Shown here one piece after another: positions 63,401 to 64,000 of a stretch of 64,000 nt of DNA. Position 1 is the first letter of the stretch. Every line of letters starts with the position of its first letter. Origin of the DNA: Anolis carolinensis (taxonomy: Eukaryota); contig NC_085845.1 in NCBI RefSeq assembly GCF_035594765.1, positions 206,779,072 through 206,843,071 of the forward strand, in the 5' to 3' direction. Made by a program: the position numbers and the translations under genes. The notes under the pieces are model-generated. The model saw nothing but the letters and a program-made list of their open reading frames with translations, was not told the origin of the DNA and made no database searches.

Positions 63401-64000
63401 CACGGAAAGAGTGTCAGGGCTGCATCCCAGTCGGCCAGCTTCCGTGGGTCTTGCTCCTATCTGCCCTTGAACCGCTGAGGCCTCCATGACTGGAGAGGAG
63501 TGAGGCAGGAGCCTTCCAAGCCCTTGCTTGCTGCCAAGGACCTTCAGGCACACAAAAGGGCTGCATTGGTCAAAGAAATGCAGTTCATTTTTAAAAACGA
63601 TTGGGGTGGTTATTAGTACAGGCAGTCCTCAAGTTACGGACAAAAGAGGTTCTGTTGGTTTGTTCTTAAGTTGAATTTGTCTGTGTTTAAAGTCTAACTC
63701 CAGCCAGATATCTATCCATCCATCCATCTACTGGATCACATAGAGCAGGTTAACATAACACCCCTCTGGTGTTTCATTGGCAGTCTGTGCCCCTCCCTGT
63801 TCAGAAGATTGCACGTCACTTTCTGTTCCTGTGATAATTGGATTTTGAAAAATGTGGTTTGTTGTGGAAACAATGATGAGAAAGCTTCAGTGGCGCTCCC
63901 TTTTTCCCAGGAGAACTCACTCTTTCAGGAGTGGATTTCCCTTCCGACTGGGAGATTTCTGTGTTGTCGAAGGCTTTCATGGCCGGGATCACAGGGTTGT

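Overview
Eukaryotic genomic DNA from a squamate reptile, most likely an Anolis lizard (Sauria SINEs, Anolis-type Penelope, CR1, L2, Helitron and Tc1/mariner repeats). The window has five GC-rich host genes: SND1 exons 1-3 (-), a very divergent PAX4 (+), FSCN3 (-), GCC1 (+) and DENND6B (-, 20 exons). ARF5, which separates FSCN3 and GCC1 in mammals, is absent. FSCN3 intron 3 holds an intact, very young Ty3/Gypsy LTR retrotransposon of the sushi/PEG10 lineage (29031-35372, TCCAG TSD), nested in a non-autonomous Helitron. This element is the most unusual system in the window. It has no tRNA PBS but a Tf1-style 11-nt self-priming duplex, and a -1 frameshift signal. Its integrase lacks a chromodomain and instead reads through the PPT into U3 of the 3' LTR. 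There it gains an acidic tail containing DIFAAPSDEESFEGF, which closely resembles the LEDGF-IBD/TND-binding motifs of host proteins such as CDCA7L and IWS1. This suggests an undescribed host-tethered integration-targeting mechanism. All coordinates were read by eye and homology calls come from recalled sequences; no searches were run.
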